Source of the DNA: Hyphochytrium catenoides
Lineage: Eukaryota > Protista > Hyphochytriomycota
Reading direction: 5' to 3'
Length of the DNA stretch: 64,000 bases
NCBI GenBank assembly: GCA_900088475.1
Contig: FLMG01002562.1
Location: forward strand, 1 to 64,000
Positions 34,301 to 47,000 of this stretch are shown piece after piece. The number at the start of each line of letters is the position of its first letter. Position 1 is the first letter of the stretch. The translations under genes and the position numbers were made by a program. The notes beneath the pieces were generated by a model. The model was not told the DNA's origin. It worked only from the letters and a program-made list of their open reading frames with translations, and ran no database searches.

Positions 34301-37300
34301 ATGACGACTTCAGGCGCATTGGACTCAAGAACGAGCAGCCGGTACGTTCAGCGCAGCCTTTCTTCGTCTTTACCGCACTGATTGACTATTCCACCTACTT
34401 CCACCAAGTAAGAAGTCTGAGCAGTTACTCATCCCTAATCTACTGCCATGCTCTCTTATGTCCCTAGTCCTTGCGTATCGTAGAGGCAACGGCTCTGAAC
34501 TGTGACTACATCGCCCATGGAACCCAGATTGTCAAGAGCCAGGATGTGCGGGCCAACAATGCACCGGAGGATGTCATGGATTACTTCCCACTTTTCGTTG
34601 AAAGCGAGGATTGGAAACAGGAGAAGGATCTTTCTGTCTTCGGGGGCACTTTAGAGTATGACACGTATGCAGACAAGTACGTTGTGGGCTTTATCATCAT
34701 TCTCTCCTTTTCTCACGTGGTCCTCTGTGGAAAAATTGTGGAGCTTTTCAACTGTATGACGCAGACCTCCACGGGAAAGACTATCCTCAGCGCTAATCCG
34801 GAGATTGGTGAGCACTCCTCCCCGATGCCTTTGCATGTTCGTCTTCTTGCATTTTTTTCTTCACTGCTACTAGGTCTGTTCGCACCCCGGACCGCGCATC
34901 CTTACTCATATCACTCTTCTTCGCCAAAACATGTGACCTTGTGTTTTGAGCTGCTCTTCATCGCTGTTGTAGCGATTTAGCTATTTTCGTTGGGTTTGCG
35001 TTTAATCATCATCGACAATGTCTGCCATCTAGTATGTTGGGAATCCGAGCACTGGAGGCTCATCTGGCCCGGAGTCATCTTTACCTTCGTGTGGGCACTG
35101 GGAATTCCAGTAACACTGTTGGGACTGGTCTATGTCAATGTCATCCTTCCCAACAAGCGCCACTGCAGGCAGGAGAAGGCACGATACGGGTACCTCTTCC
35201 TCCGGTACACCAACAAAGCCTGGTGGTGGGAAGGGATGCTCATGTCAAGGAAGTTCTTCGTGACGGTTTTTCGCATGTTGACGAGCAACGGGCAGAAGCT
35301 AGTACAAGCAAGGTAAGTTGAATTAAGAGGTCTTTAAAACCGAGAAGGAGAAGAAAGAGCACCAATTGTCCCGCTGACTTGTACGCTCCACTTATCCCGG
35401 TCTTTGCTGCGCTGGCAGTGGCGGATTCTTCTTCTTTCTGTTTCTGTGGTTTATGCAGATGCTCTTCAACCCTTACATCGAGCTTTCCCTCAATCGGCTC
35501 GACGCCGTGGCCCTGACTTCTCACGTCTTTGTCATGTACGCCGGAGCGATCTTCCTGACAAACAAGCTCTCCACAGCCCTCACCACCCTCTACGCTATAC
35601 TCGTTGTTCTTGTTAACTTCTTCGTCTTCGTTTGGATGTTCGGGTAAGTAACATTGTACCAATAGGAAAAAGGCAATGGTAAATTTTGCAATACCGCGCT
35701 TGGGGATGAGAAAGATATCATAGATAGAAGGACGTTTGATAGCGCGGACCATTAGTTCAGCAATGACAGGGACACTAACGCCTCTATTCCCCGCTTCTCC
35801 GCGCTCTATTGTTTATTCTGTTGTCTCCAAAACCTGTCTTGACGTTTCCTGTCGCCTCCTCTGCCACTCATCAATGGCTTCACCTATCAACACCTCAATG
35901 GCTCACCTTTATGACCCTTTACGATAAGTGCCGTCGTCACCGAAGTTTGCGAGCAGATTCCTGCCGTCTCCTACATGATCCAGGGAGAGTTTTGGATTGA
36001 CTACCTATACCCCACGTTCCTAGCCCACGTCGAAATGACTTTCTTTGGAGCTAGAGCGAAAGCAAAGTACGACAGGATCTTGAAGAGACTAAGTAAGGAT
36101 AACATGGCCTCGCAGGACGGGAGGCTGGATAATTTCTTTTCTAATCACCATTTCCTGTTTGCTTTGTTACCAAGCCGATTCTGCACACTGCTGCGCCGTC
36201 TTTAATACCGTCCTTGCGCTGAATCGCTGCTTTCTCATGTCTTTCTTCGATCGCTGTCTTCAGTGGACTATCTCCAACCTTCTTCGGAGGTTGTTAAGCG
36301 CGCAGAGCTGACTCGCCGGCTGAAACAAACTCATGTCTTCAGTCCGGAGGGTATATTCTGGGCGAACTACTGGATGAGGGATATGGGAACCTCGATGAGG
36401 GAGGGCGAGAGCTATGTACGTCTCTTTGAGGACTATATGGTGGTGATGGATAGAGTCAGCTTTGATCAATTCATCCAATATAACTGGAAAGACCCCAAGG
36501 CTAGATTGACAAAGGCAGAGGTAAGCCTTTGCACTGCATTACTATAGATTATCGTCGTGTTCCCCTCGTGTATCTCTCATGACACAGTCTTTGGCTCCAT
36601 TAGACCAAAAGTTGACCGTGATCGCAGCTAGCATTGGTTGTAACGAAGGAAAGAGATTATCTCAGGGGGACCTCGTTCCCTACCGTCTGACTCACATCGC
36701 GCATGGTTCTTCTCTGCGCTTGGCTTTGCTTTCAACTCTGTTGCATCTTAGGAGGAGCTATGGATGTTGGCCATGGCTCGAGCACTACGAGTAATGTCTC
36801 ACCATGAGGGACGGGTTTTCGAATTTACTGAGAACGAGGGTATCTACTACTCCGCAGGGAGTACTCTCTTGGAGGCAGCTTTGCCCAACCACTTCCTCTA
36901 CGTTGATGTGGAGAAGAGCGGAACTTTCCTGCCCGCTGAGGTACTAGCACTTCTTCTGGCGGCCTAGGGTTTCCTTCGGTCCGGTCTTGGCTCTTCTTTC
37001 CTTCACGTTCCTCTTTCCGTACACTCCTAACTTTGGGTATCAGAATGAGTTACTACTTTTTGGCGCTTATTGATAGCTACCCTTCCTACCATCGCCTTTC
37101 AGATCGAGGAAATTATATCAGACCACACTTTCCGCGTGTCCCTTGGGGAGGACGCAAGGATAGAGTACGAGGATATGACTTCGTCTTCCTCCTGTCCCGA
37201 TTCTTTCCTTGTTGATTCCGCATACATCAAAGTTTACTCGAGGATCGAGGTCAAGCAGGTCTGACACTTGGCCACTGTCCGCTTGCTTATTGCCCACCTA

Positions 37301-40300
37301 TCATTACTTAATTGTCTTCTTTCTTCTTTCCTTCTTCTCTTTGGTATCAATCTCTTCTTTCGATGCTGGTGCTTGGTATCCTTCATGAGTCCTTGTCTTT
37401 CCTTGTCGTGTTAGCTTCCAATGTCTCCGCCGATGAACAAGCTTTCGACAGTCAAGACCTTTTTACTTTTTTGTTCTGTCCTCAGATACTACATGACGTA
37501 CACAATCTTAACCCGTTGGCTGGTCTTTCCGCGTGGTGTCTGTATCCCAATTTAGGTGGATGGCTCTTGGTGGCCTGGGAAAGTCTTTAGGGTTAATAAC
37601 GGTGCACCAATCACCTACGATGCTCGCTTTGACAATGGGATACTGCAGCGGTAAGCTCCGATCTTCCGATGGGCACTATTTTCTTTTCAACTCGGCCTTC
37701 ACCCCACCTTTCTTCAGCCCTTTCCTTCCAGTCCTACTCGCTTCTGGCTACTTCATTTATCTGTGTTGTTCTCTGCTCACTGCTTTTAGCCCGACGTTCA
37801 ATTGGATCTCCATGGCTCACTCCTGCCTATTACAGAGAGATATCGCGTGACCGTATACGACGATTTGGCAGCGCGGAGTTCACTGATTCTGGCCTTGATG
37901 TTCCCGTGGTGACCGCCTGGACCAGAAACTTGTCAGGGGAGTCGGAAGAGGAGTTGACAGAGTACCGGAGGACCGATGTCTCCAATAAAGTCGTCGAAGA
38001 GGGTGAAGAGGTGCTGGTTACGCAGATCGAGTGGCATCTCTCTCGGAAAATTACGGCTCCTATTACCGTGGGAGGTGCCGGAGATAGCTCCTGGCTCTTA
38101 ACAGGTGAGTCCGTGCTGCGAGCGAAAAGGCTGAGAAGAGAGTGAGAGCAGTAAGCCAGAGCCAAGGAGAGAGTAAAGAGACAGTAAAAGGGACGCGAAG
38201 CGGGATACTAAATTGTATATCAGACATTCCCCATCGCTCTCTCACTTCTCCTATCCTTTCTCTCTGCATGAATCCTCCTTACCAGCTTTTGCGGACGGAT
38301 CGTGCGACGTTTGGACTGTGATTCGCAACGAGCATGTGCACCGTCTGATGCATGGAGAGATCATTCGCTTCATTTTCCTCTCGCCTGACGGCAGTTACGC
38401 GATTACATTCTCCGAAAAAGACGCAGTTATCTGGCATGTTCCCGAGGACAGCGAAGATAAGCCTCGAAGGATCTGTGCTGGGTGTGAGGGATGTCCCGGT
38501 GTTCGAGTTAGTGCACACAACGTAAGCAGTGGGTGCGTGGGGTGCCCATCCTGCTGCAGCGGATGCCTAGAGAAGCCGCTGAAGGCAGTGTCGCAGGATG
38601 CAGGTAGTCGTCGTTTTACTGAACCAGAAAGAAACCCTTCTCTGTCGTAGTAAAGGGATTTGCTCCTCCTTCTGGTTATTACCATGTGTAGGAGTTGTCC
38701 AGGTGCGTGAGTCTTCCCATCTCTTCCCTCGCTCAATGCTGCTGGATGAGAAGACGGGGGAGTGGGTTCCTTATGTCGAAAGACGTATACTTGCGGTTGC
38801 AGCTTCCCAGCATCATCTGCATGGGAACCACGACGTCGCCAGCACAGATCCAACACAGGTACGAAATAGACCACGCACTGCTGCCTACTTCCTTCGTCCA
38901 GGCCTTTCTAGGCTCTGATCCGTGTGCCGATACCCTTTCTACCTGTCTGTATAGGCTTCAATTATCATTAGCACGGCTGAGTATCTAGAGCTGCTTTTGA
39001 TTGACTGGAAGCGTGGCATAGTGCCAGGCAGGCAGTGGTCTCGAAGAGTCTTAGGAGGACGAAGGGCTGTTCAGGCACGATTTCAACATGGAGTCGGCGG
39101 AAAGTGCTTTAGTGCGGAAACACCCTCCGTTCTGCTGGTGGCCACTGATTTGGAGGTGAGGACGGAAGAACCGTCGTTGAGTTGATATCATCGGAGGACA
39201 TTGAACAGCCACCTCGGAGGACATTGAACAGCCACTATGATGAGGCTGAGCTTTCAACCGCAGTCCCTTGAACGGCTGAACTTCCTTCAAATGATGGGGC
39301 CGGGTCGGGCCTTGCGGACAGATGCTAAAGAGAGGCATAGAGTGCATTTACGTTCAGTCAGCTCATCGAACTCTCTCCAATCCAATCCCAGGTCTTCCTC
39401 ATGAAGTGCGAGACCGACATCCGCGGCCCAGCCCATCTCGGACTGCAGATTATGCAGCGTTTTACGTTCCCTGCTTCATCTCCTTCATCATTCTGCTTTA
39501 TGTCAGGAGAGAGAATCGTCGCAATATCTCCATGTTCCGACAGCCCAAGCTCGCTGATCACTAGCACAGTGACGACAGTAGAGTCTACGTCTGCCGACAG
39601 CAAAGGCAAAGGTTTGGAAGTCACGGTAAGAATTAAATACGTCTATCAGCTTCTCTGCGGGGGCTTAGCTCCCTCTTCCGTCCAATCTGGAATGCATTGT
39701 CCTAATGTGTTGGCTGTGCTGACCCTGCTTTCGCTAGTTGACCTTAGAGGGCCAGAACCTCTTGATGCCAGCTGGCCAACCTTGGTCATCTCCTGGCTTT
39801 CAGGCAGTTCTCGGCTGCGTCCTTCACGACAGCCGCGGCTCCTTTGTCAAGCAGCGGAAGGGCAGTGCGCAGAAGCTTGGTCAAGGCTCGATGTGGGAAG
39901 AGCTGTGCAGTTCCGTTTGGTTCAAGAGGATGATGATCTGGCTGAAAGACGTCAAAGATGGGGAGATCTCACAGGTGAATAGCAAAACACTTCCCTCAAT
40001 TTCTTTCTCTTTTGATTTCTACTGTCTCTCTCTCTCTCCATTTGCTAACCACTATCCTTCATCTTCTTGCTTCCTGCCCCAAAGACTACTCTTGCTCCGG
40101 AGGACTTTTCTTCTCAGTACTTATTAGCTATCTCGGGACGAACCTGAAGCTTAACCCTCCCACACCAACATGGCGCTTCCTTTCTCTTGCATCTATCTTA
40201 GGACACTCACTTCACGTCAAGCTCAACGCTGAGCCAGGCACTGAGAAGACAAGACGAGAATCACCGTCTGAAAATGCAGAAATTGACTGACAATATAGAA

Positions 40301-40399
40301 CATCAGCATCGCATTGAACAGCTCGTGCAGGAAATGCTGTGTGAAGAGCTCGAAAACGAACTCATGAGAGGGGTTGCCGAAGAGTTGCTTGCTCTCTAG
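10318..40399 (+). CDS. Giant (~7,400 aa, ~48 exons) IPT/TIG-repeat, multi-pass membrane receptor/TRP-like protein with RING, Tudor-like and WD40-like modules
   Basis: ATG at 10318 with a signal peptide (MAANLLFLVLVLLLSNGLLIPAI|G). Phase-compatible GT-AG junctions can be traced by hand through all + strand ORFs: exon 1 10318-10420, exon 2 10505-10921, exon 3 11081-11524, exon 4 11640-18689, and so on to the last exon 40202-40399 ending ...RGVAEELLAL*. The summed exon length is ~22.4 kb. The Cys-rich juxtamembrane region (CAKGYAGYLCASCEQGYY..CKECP) and TM motifs (INWP, YGYLFLRY...WWWE..RK, NPY...NRLD) are typical of protist TRP-like / 'GPCR-related' multi-TM proteins. Confidence 0.75.
12390..16760 (+). 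repeat. 14 tandem ~105-aa IPT/TIG-like coding repeats (GGxxxxxxGxNFGP...C...C...PGVG....W.V.VGGQ.S...SY..P)
   Basis: Counted motifs in ORF 11618..18700: TAPGVG, TAPGVG, SAPGVG, VPPGVG, AAGGLG, YGPGVG, YPAGVG, APAGIG, VKGVG, ASEGYG, IPSGVG, ASPGVG, TVPGVG, TNPGCG. Confidence 0.8.
39191..39235. repeat. Perfect 22-bp tandem duplication inside an intron
   Basis: TCGGAGGACATTGAACAGCCAC at 39191-39212 and 39214-39235. Confidence 0.9.
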
Positions 40400-40809
40400 A
40401 AGGAGAACAAACGACGTCGGTCTCTATTATAAAAAGCACCCTTCCATGGCTTTTATGAGAGACCAAGGGCCAAAGCCAGAGCATGGATGATATGCCTCTC
40501 TATTCTTAAGCTCCAGCTCCCTTGTCCTAAGGAGCTATTAATAACAGCAATAATCTTAGACCAATGCACGCCCACTGTACATCCTATAATACCTCCCTCG
40601 CCGCGGAGTTGAGATTCTTGGGCATTGACAGCAGCGAAGGGACTGAGGTATGGAAAGGTAGGTTTGCATTATAGAACAACATAACGGAAGTACTATAAAC
40701 ATTGAATGGTGTGGCCTCCATCTGACTCTGTGGGCTGGAGACCTCTTGTGCCTCCTGGCTGTTGGCTTGCCCATCTCTATGGCGCACCATCTCTCTGTGG
40801 CATGAACTT

Positions 40810-43030
40810 TCAATTGTTGCCACCATAGCCAAAGAAGTCCATCGCGACAGCCAAAGCTCGGTTATCTCTAACATTTTCTGGGTTCATTGTCTGCGGGTTG
40901 TTGCGCAACCTCCTATCTTTAGGCCTCCTTAGAGGTTGAATTCTTTCTTTCTGTATGCTCTTCGCCATCTGACTCTCCTGTCTGATTCTCTCGCTCTCGT
41001 CTCTCCTCGCTGCCTTCTCAATGTCATACTTTCGCTGGTGCATGCGATACAGCTCCTTCTCAGCTCTTCGCAAACGCTCCTCGTACATTTCTACAGAAAA
41101 CCTATGTTAAGCCTGAGCGCGCTGAGTTACTTCATAGGTCTGTCTTCTGTCACCTCTTTTCTTTACTTCCTCTTGGACTGTCTGCTTCCAGCTCTCAAGC
41201 TCCTCCTGAAGCTCCTTATGTTTCATACGCCATACTCTGAGACGCGACGGCCAAAGGAGAAGAATTTAGAGGGTGAGCTACTGGCAGCTGACGAGGACAA
41301 TCAGCCTATCAAAAGCACCGGGACACTTAGATCAGGAGGAAGCAAAGCATGAGGCCCGCACTGTCAGGAACAGCAGGTCAATGGAAGGCCCACCTCTCAT
41401 CTTCGGCTCGCTGGGACTCGATCAGCAAGCGCTCCCTGGCTTCATGCTCCAACCTTAAGGAGATAAACTTAGATATTACTGGCTATGCTATCAACAGTGA
41501 GGGCCTCAGGACGACCACTGCCATAGGGAGCAACTGGTGCCAAAAGGTATACAAGCAGGGAAACCACTAACGGGTAGAAAACAATAGGGCGAAGAAAGCC
41601 ATGATGGATAAAGAAAAAAAGAAGAAGCTCGGGTGTGATAAGGTGGCTGCCTAGTGCTTACCGCCTCTCGAGGTCTTCATTGACGTACTCAAGCTCATTC
41701 TGACGTTTAGCCTGAGCTTCCAGCAGCCGTTTGCACTCGTGGAGCTCATTTTGATAGCGCTGAGAGGAGAGCGTGGCCCGGTCAGAAACAAGATCTAAGC
41801 GGATAGCAACTGGCCAGAGGGAAAAGTAGACGGAGAGAGCAAGGGATAGATAGAGAAGACACAACGAGGATGGAATCGAGAAAGAAGTAGAAAAGGACAG
41901 AGCTGAAGGTAATCAGACCTGTATGCCAGTGGACTCTTCTCGCCTTCGTTCCCTATCAAATAAGGGCATATCGGCAGATCCACCCTCCTAAGCGGAGTTA
42001 GATACTAAGCAGTAAAGATTCCTTCCGCATTCTCTTACTCCTTTTCTCTTTCTCTGGTTCTCGCCTGTGCCTTCACTCCCCTGTTTGATCTTCTCTTCAT
42101 CTCATCTCTGCCTCTTCTTTCTTAGTCTTTTGCTTCACGTGTCTGAATCTCTCAATTCCTTTCTCTTTCTTTTTCTTGAGCTATTACCTGCCGCAGACCA
42201 TGGCTACCGAAAGTTGTCCCGTTGTACATCTCATGCGTCATCTTGGCCAGCATGCTCAGGCAGCTGTTACTGCCCCAGCATCCAGGGCGATCTTTCGGCC
42301 CGGGATGCTGCTTGTTTCTCAGCCGTCTGCCCTTCTGGGGTTGTTGTTTTCTTTCTGATAATAATCTGACTGCCGCCCTTTGTTCTCACTGTTCCGTTCC
42401 GTTTCCTCTACGGCATGGGTGACCCATGGATATTCCTTGCTAAGCAAGAGCTAGTTTAGCAATCGATAGGGCCGGTGAGCAGCGAACTCAAGCCCTGCGG
42501 GGGTTGAGAAAATTAAGGGAGGGTTTAGGGACCGAGGAAAAAAGGAAAGAGAGAGGGAGACCTCGTAGAACTCACGCAAGGCAAAGGAGCGGGTAGAGGA
42601 AGAATAGATTAGGGAGGCAGATCCGCGGAATCGTACCTCTCTTTTGCGTCTTCGACGGCAAGCGCTGTATGTCGGAGGATCTCAGCTCTCTCTCTCTCTC
42701 TCGGTATGATGAAGATTCGTCTGGCTAACCTCTATCTCTCTACCGCTGTGCCTTCCAGCTCTGCTCGCAGTTTATCGCTCGTAAGAGCTGCCGAAGCTCA
42801 AGGCCCTTCAAGGAGTTGGCGAGTGATGTCACAGCGGTGGCAATAACGTCAGAAGAAGTGAGAACGGCATGAGCCTCCGCCTTGACATCATGAGAGCGGG
42901 GCAGGTGATGAGGGAGGACAGGGAGAGGAGATGAGAGTCTTGAACTTGGTGCTACAGCGTTGCATCAAGGCGGCAGGAGAGAAAGACAGAGAGGAACTCT
43001 CACAGAATAAACCACGTGACCTCCCTGGGC

Positions 43031-43079
<49 letters not shown>

Positions 43080-43430
43080 GATTTGAAGCAATAGAGGGGA
43101 GGGGTGGGAAACAGAGAGTGGGAGAGAGAAAGGTAAAGTCCGAGAGAGAATGAGAAAGAGAGAGTGAGAGGAAAGAATGACAGAAAGAAAGAGTGAGTGA
43201 GAGAGAGAGAGACAGACAGATAGAGAGAAAGGCAATAGAGACAGAGAACATTTATTATCACAGGAAGAACCACCTTCTTTTTTTATGTCACCGTTATTTC
43301 CTAGAAGAGACAGAGACACCAAGAGATATCAAGCCAGTCACCCCTTTAACAGGTTAGAAGCCTAAGAAACCACAAGAGTCAACACACAGACAGAGTCAGA
43401 ATTTTCGGTCTTTCAACCTTGGTCATCAAA
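40810..43430 (-). CDS. Multi-exon coiled-coil protein of unknown function (5' exons unresolved)
   Basis: The 3' exons splice to ...EESTGIQ|RYQNELHECKRLLEAQAKRQNELEYVNEDLERR|LEHEARERLLIESQRAEDES|MRMKHKELQEELESWKQTVQEEVKKR|EMYEERLRRAEKELYRMHQRK...GYGGNN*; one junction needs a weak GAG acceptor. Small candidate exons lie upstream to ~43430, but their phases could not be fully reconciled, so the start coordinate is tentative. Confidence 0.5.
43034..43075. repeat. (GA)21 microsatellite within a GA-rich tract (~43030-43250)
   Basis: Direct reading of the sequence. Confidence 0.95.
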
Positions 43431-44073
43431 CGAATTGCCGAGTTTACGGGCGGTATTCGTCAGGTTGCTACCCTTTTTGTCAGATGATAATCGCATGCAG
43501 GATGCCAAGCACCAAAACAAAGTTCTACTTGACGATTCAAGCCGAATATAAAGCTTCAATGCCTAGAACATTCTACTTGCTTTGATTTGAGTTCAGATAC
43601 AGCTGTGTGCTTCATTTATCACACAGATGCAAAGATCCTGGATATATAGGGATTAGATCGCCAATTCAGTTGCTCGCTTCACTCTAAATGCAGAATGTTG
43701 AGAACCCTTGCTCAGCTGCTAGGACATACCCTTTCACTGTTCCGTGGTTCGTGACCTTTTGGCACCTTCGTCCTCCAACACAGCCGCGGCCATCATCAAC
43801 CTCATCGCGCCACGCCGCTGGCTGCTTACTTACTTAGCCATGGATTATTGCTCTGATGCACTACGCTTGACGCCGGGCTGGCTACTTGGACCATCCTTCC
43901 TGGCAGAGAGGCGGAGAGTGCGGTCATAGGTTGCCAGTCAGCGACTGTCCCATGACGCGCTCCCAACAAAGACGGATGCTCTGAAGGAAATACTGAGAAA
44001 CAGTCTGCTATCCTTCATCTGCTACAGTATCTTTGCTTTCACTAGCCGAGTGAAAGCTCAATGAAAGCGCATC

Positions 44074-47000
44074 ATGTCCGTGAAGGCGGTTAGGAGACAG
44101 ATAGCGGAAGGAGAGATGGGGAGGCAAAGCGAAGGTAAAAAGACTGCCTCTTTCTCTTCCAAGTTCGTCGCCCCGCCTTCTCGGGATGTGTGGGAGCTGA
44201 TGAACCAGGCGCAGTCCACCGGCTCTCTTTATCTTAGCATGAGAGGGTTGGAAGAGATCCCGTCCGCTATTTTTGAGCTCAAGAACCTGGTAGGTGTAAG
44301 ATGTGTACTTTCCTCGTCTGTGCTCCCAGATTCTGCATTATCTTGCTCTCCTTCGCTTTTGTTTGCTCTCGCACCACGCTTGGGCTCTGCTGCTGCAAGG
44401 TACTCACCGCAGCACCCTTGCTTCTGGCCGTCATCATCCTTCGTGAGTGATTGGCGTCTATCGCCTATTTTGCAGATGACACGTCTCCTCAGTATCACTT
44501 GCGGTGTTTGCACTGCACTCTCTCTCTCTATCTCTTTGCTTATCTGTCTTCTCAGACCATCAGACCCCTGTCTCGCTGCCGTTACCTTCCCTTCCGATAC
44601 TGACCACGTATCCGTAGCTATAAGTTCTGTTGTCGCTCTTACAACATCTCCTCTGCGTCTCTTCCCTTTATATGATCTGTACGACCGAAGTCCCAGCATG
44701 GACTATCCACTCATCCCCCCTTGCCGCTTTCTTATCCACGCTTCTTCCTCTCAAGCCTTATGTCAATACGTCTCTGATAGATATTTTACTCCTAGCGAAT
44801 CTTGGACTTAGGCTTCAATGATATCAAGAGCATTCCCTCCTCTATCAAAGAGCTCAAGCAGCTCGAGCAGCTCTGGCTGAATGACAATCCCCTGCAGGAG
44901 CTCCCAACACAGCTTGCAGAATGCCGCGCTCTGCTCTTTCTGGACCTGAGAAACACAGATATTAAAACGTTACCTGCCGAATTGGGAAGGTCTCCTGTTC
45001 CCACCTAGCTCTCCGTCAGGACTTTTCCTTATCGTTATAGACTCTTTCCTTTAGTTATCCTAGTTTTGGAGCTGTCCTGCTATGCAGCTTCATCCTTGCA
45101 CCATGGTCTTGCCAAGGCTTGGGCGTAGCTCTCCTCCTCGTGGTGTTGCCACATTCCGTGCTCTGCCGCCTTCCTCTACAAGGAGCAATAGCTCATTTTT
45201 GCAACAATCAATAGGCTGAAGGCTCAGAATTTGGTGGCTATCGATGTGCGGAGTACTCAGCTCGACTCAGAAGTCTTTGAACACGTTAAGGCGACCGACC
45301 ACAGGCCTGACGCCATCGAGGTTTATCACTAGTTCTCTTTCATATCTTGAGCCTTTTCCGTTTCCTTTCTCTCATATGTACATGCGGGAGAGGATGCGCA
45401 GTATCGGCCCTTTGCGTCATTGTGCTTGTTAATGTTCTTGCTCCACCGTCCTGAATGAGCCTAGATACCCTTTGTGCTCTGTATAGGTTAACGTCATAAT
45501 CCCTTCTGTTTCTCTTCTTGTGACGCCTTACACCAACGCAGGAAGTTTCCCTGCTGAACTATCTTGCAGAGTTAGATGGTCGGCTCCAGCTTCGGCTCCA
45601 GCTTATCCATGGTCTTTGCGATGAGGTGGGCATATCGCTAGCCGTTGACAGATTTCCTGACCGCTGACATAGGCGCTTCTCATGAGTCCTTCATCTGAAT
45701 ACCCTTGGGGTCTGGGATCCTTGCTCGCTTAATATACCGCAGCCTTACACGTTTTGGCCCTTTCCATCAATGGACCTACACACTGGTTATTCGGAGTGCA
45801 TTCTCCAAATTTCTGAGCCGCCTGTTCATCTTTCCACAGGTCTACCGAGACATTGCCGCCACCGAACCTGGACGAACAGAGGTGGAAGATCTTGCAGACA
45901 GAGTTCTGCGGCTATTTAACGTAAGAAACGGCAGGAAAACGGGTTGCAAAGTAGTTCGTCCTCTTCTCCCTATTTCAATCTATTCTCCCTACTTCTAATT
46001 AAGCTCTCCGCAAGAGATAAGGATACACTTTCTCTCAATGCCTTGTCTCACACTCTAGGATCAAGAAGAGGTGAAGAGTATCATCAGAAACGTATCCAGA
46101 CTTTTCTCTTCCTCTCTATCTCCCTCCCAACTGTCCGAAGAAAGTGTCAGAGAGCGCTTTGTCTCTCTCCGAAGAGACATTGAGCGCCAACAACTCGCTG
46201 CCGAGCTAGAGTTAAAGATCAGGGCGGTGTACTATGACAGAATAGAACCCAGCACGGTGCCAGACATGGTCATGGTCTGTCATTTGCTTCTCAATTCTAT
46301 AGAAGTACCTTCCGTTTTTCACCCGTTGGTTCTGCTTCTTTGACGTCCACCTTCGTCCTGGCTTCGATATCTCGCCCTATATAAACTAGTCTTGGCTTTG
46401 GTATTAAGTGCTCTTCCCTCGCTCTTCTGCTGTGACAGTCGATCTACCAGCACATGCACAAGCTGGAGGACGTGAAGTTCTTGATCCGCCACGCTGCAGA
46501 CCTCTTTCCTGAGACACCGCAAGAGGTGGAAGGGAAGTTGATTTTGGAAAGGGTTCAGGCACTTCAGGAAAAACTCGCCAGGTCGTCATCCACTAGTCGG
46601 TCTTGTTGCCGGCCTTCTCCTCTTACTTCCGCTCTGGCGTCGGTGTTAAACAAAGTCAAAGAGCCACGTGTCAACTAACTCGTAGCGGCTTTCATTAGAG
46701 GACAGGCCTCCTTTCTTGGGTTATGCGAATTATGGCCCTACCGCTGTCTCCTTCGCCTACTTCGAGTCGTCGTGGCTGACCATTGCCTTCTTGTTCCAGA
46801 GAAAGAAGGGCAGCAATAGAGCAAGTGCGCAAGGCTGCAAGTTCACTTTACTCGGATGTTAATCCGCAGGATATTCTAAAGGCTGTGGAGACGATTTGCA
46901 GCTACTTTAAGGTGGATCTCTGCTTGAGTGCTCTTCGTATCACACCCCACTTCCCGAGCTTCGGATTTGCTTTTTTAACCTTCCTGACCGGCTCATTATT

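Noticed and set aside
11599-39624. Numerous 60-180 aa minus-strand and alternate-frame ORFs over the giant gene (and + strand ORFs over the peroxidase gene)
   Set aside because: These are shadow ORFs of real coding exons or CT/GA-rich introns and carry no independent motifs.
40810-43000. Apparent in-frame TAG/TGA/TAA codons suggesting stop-codon reassignment or a C-to-T-riddled pseudogene
   Set aside because: Most of these stops fall in plausible introns. A 2,350-codon exon and other long ORFs contain no internal stops, and TAA, TAG and TGA all terminate intact genes in this window.
43430-44070. AT-richer intergenic stretch considered for an RNA gene or RFX X-box
   Set aside because: No tRNA/snRNA/rRNA signature was recognised and only half-site matches to the X-box are present; most likely a divergent promoter region.
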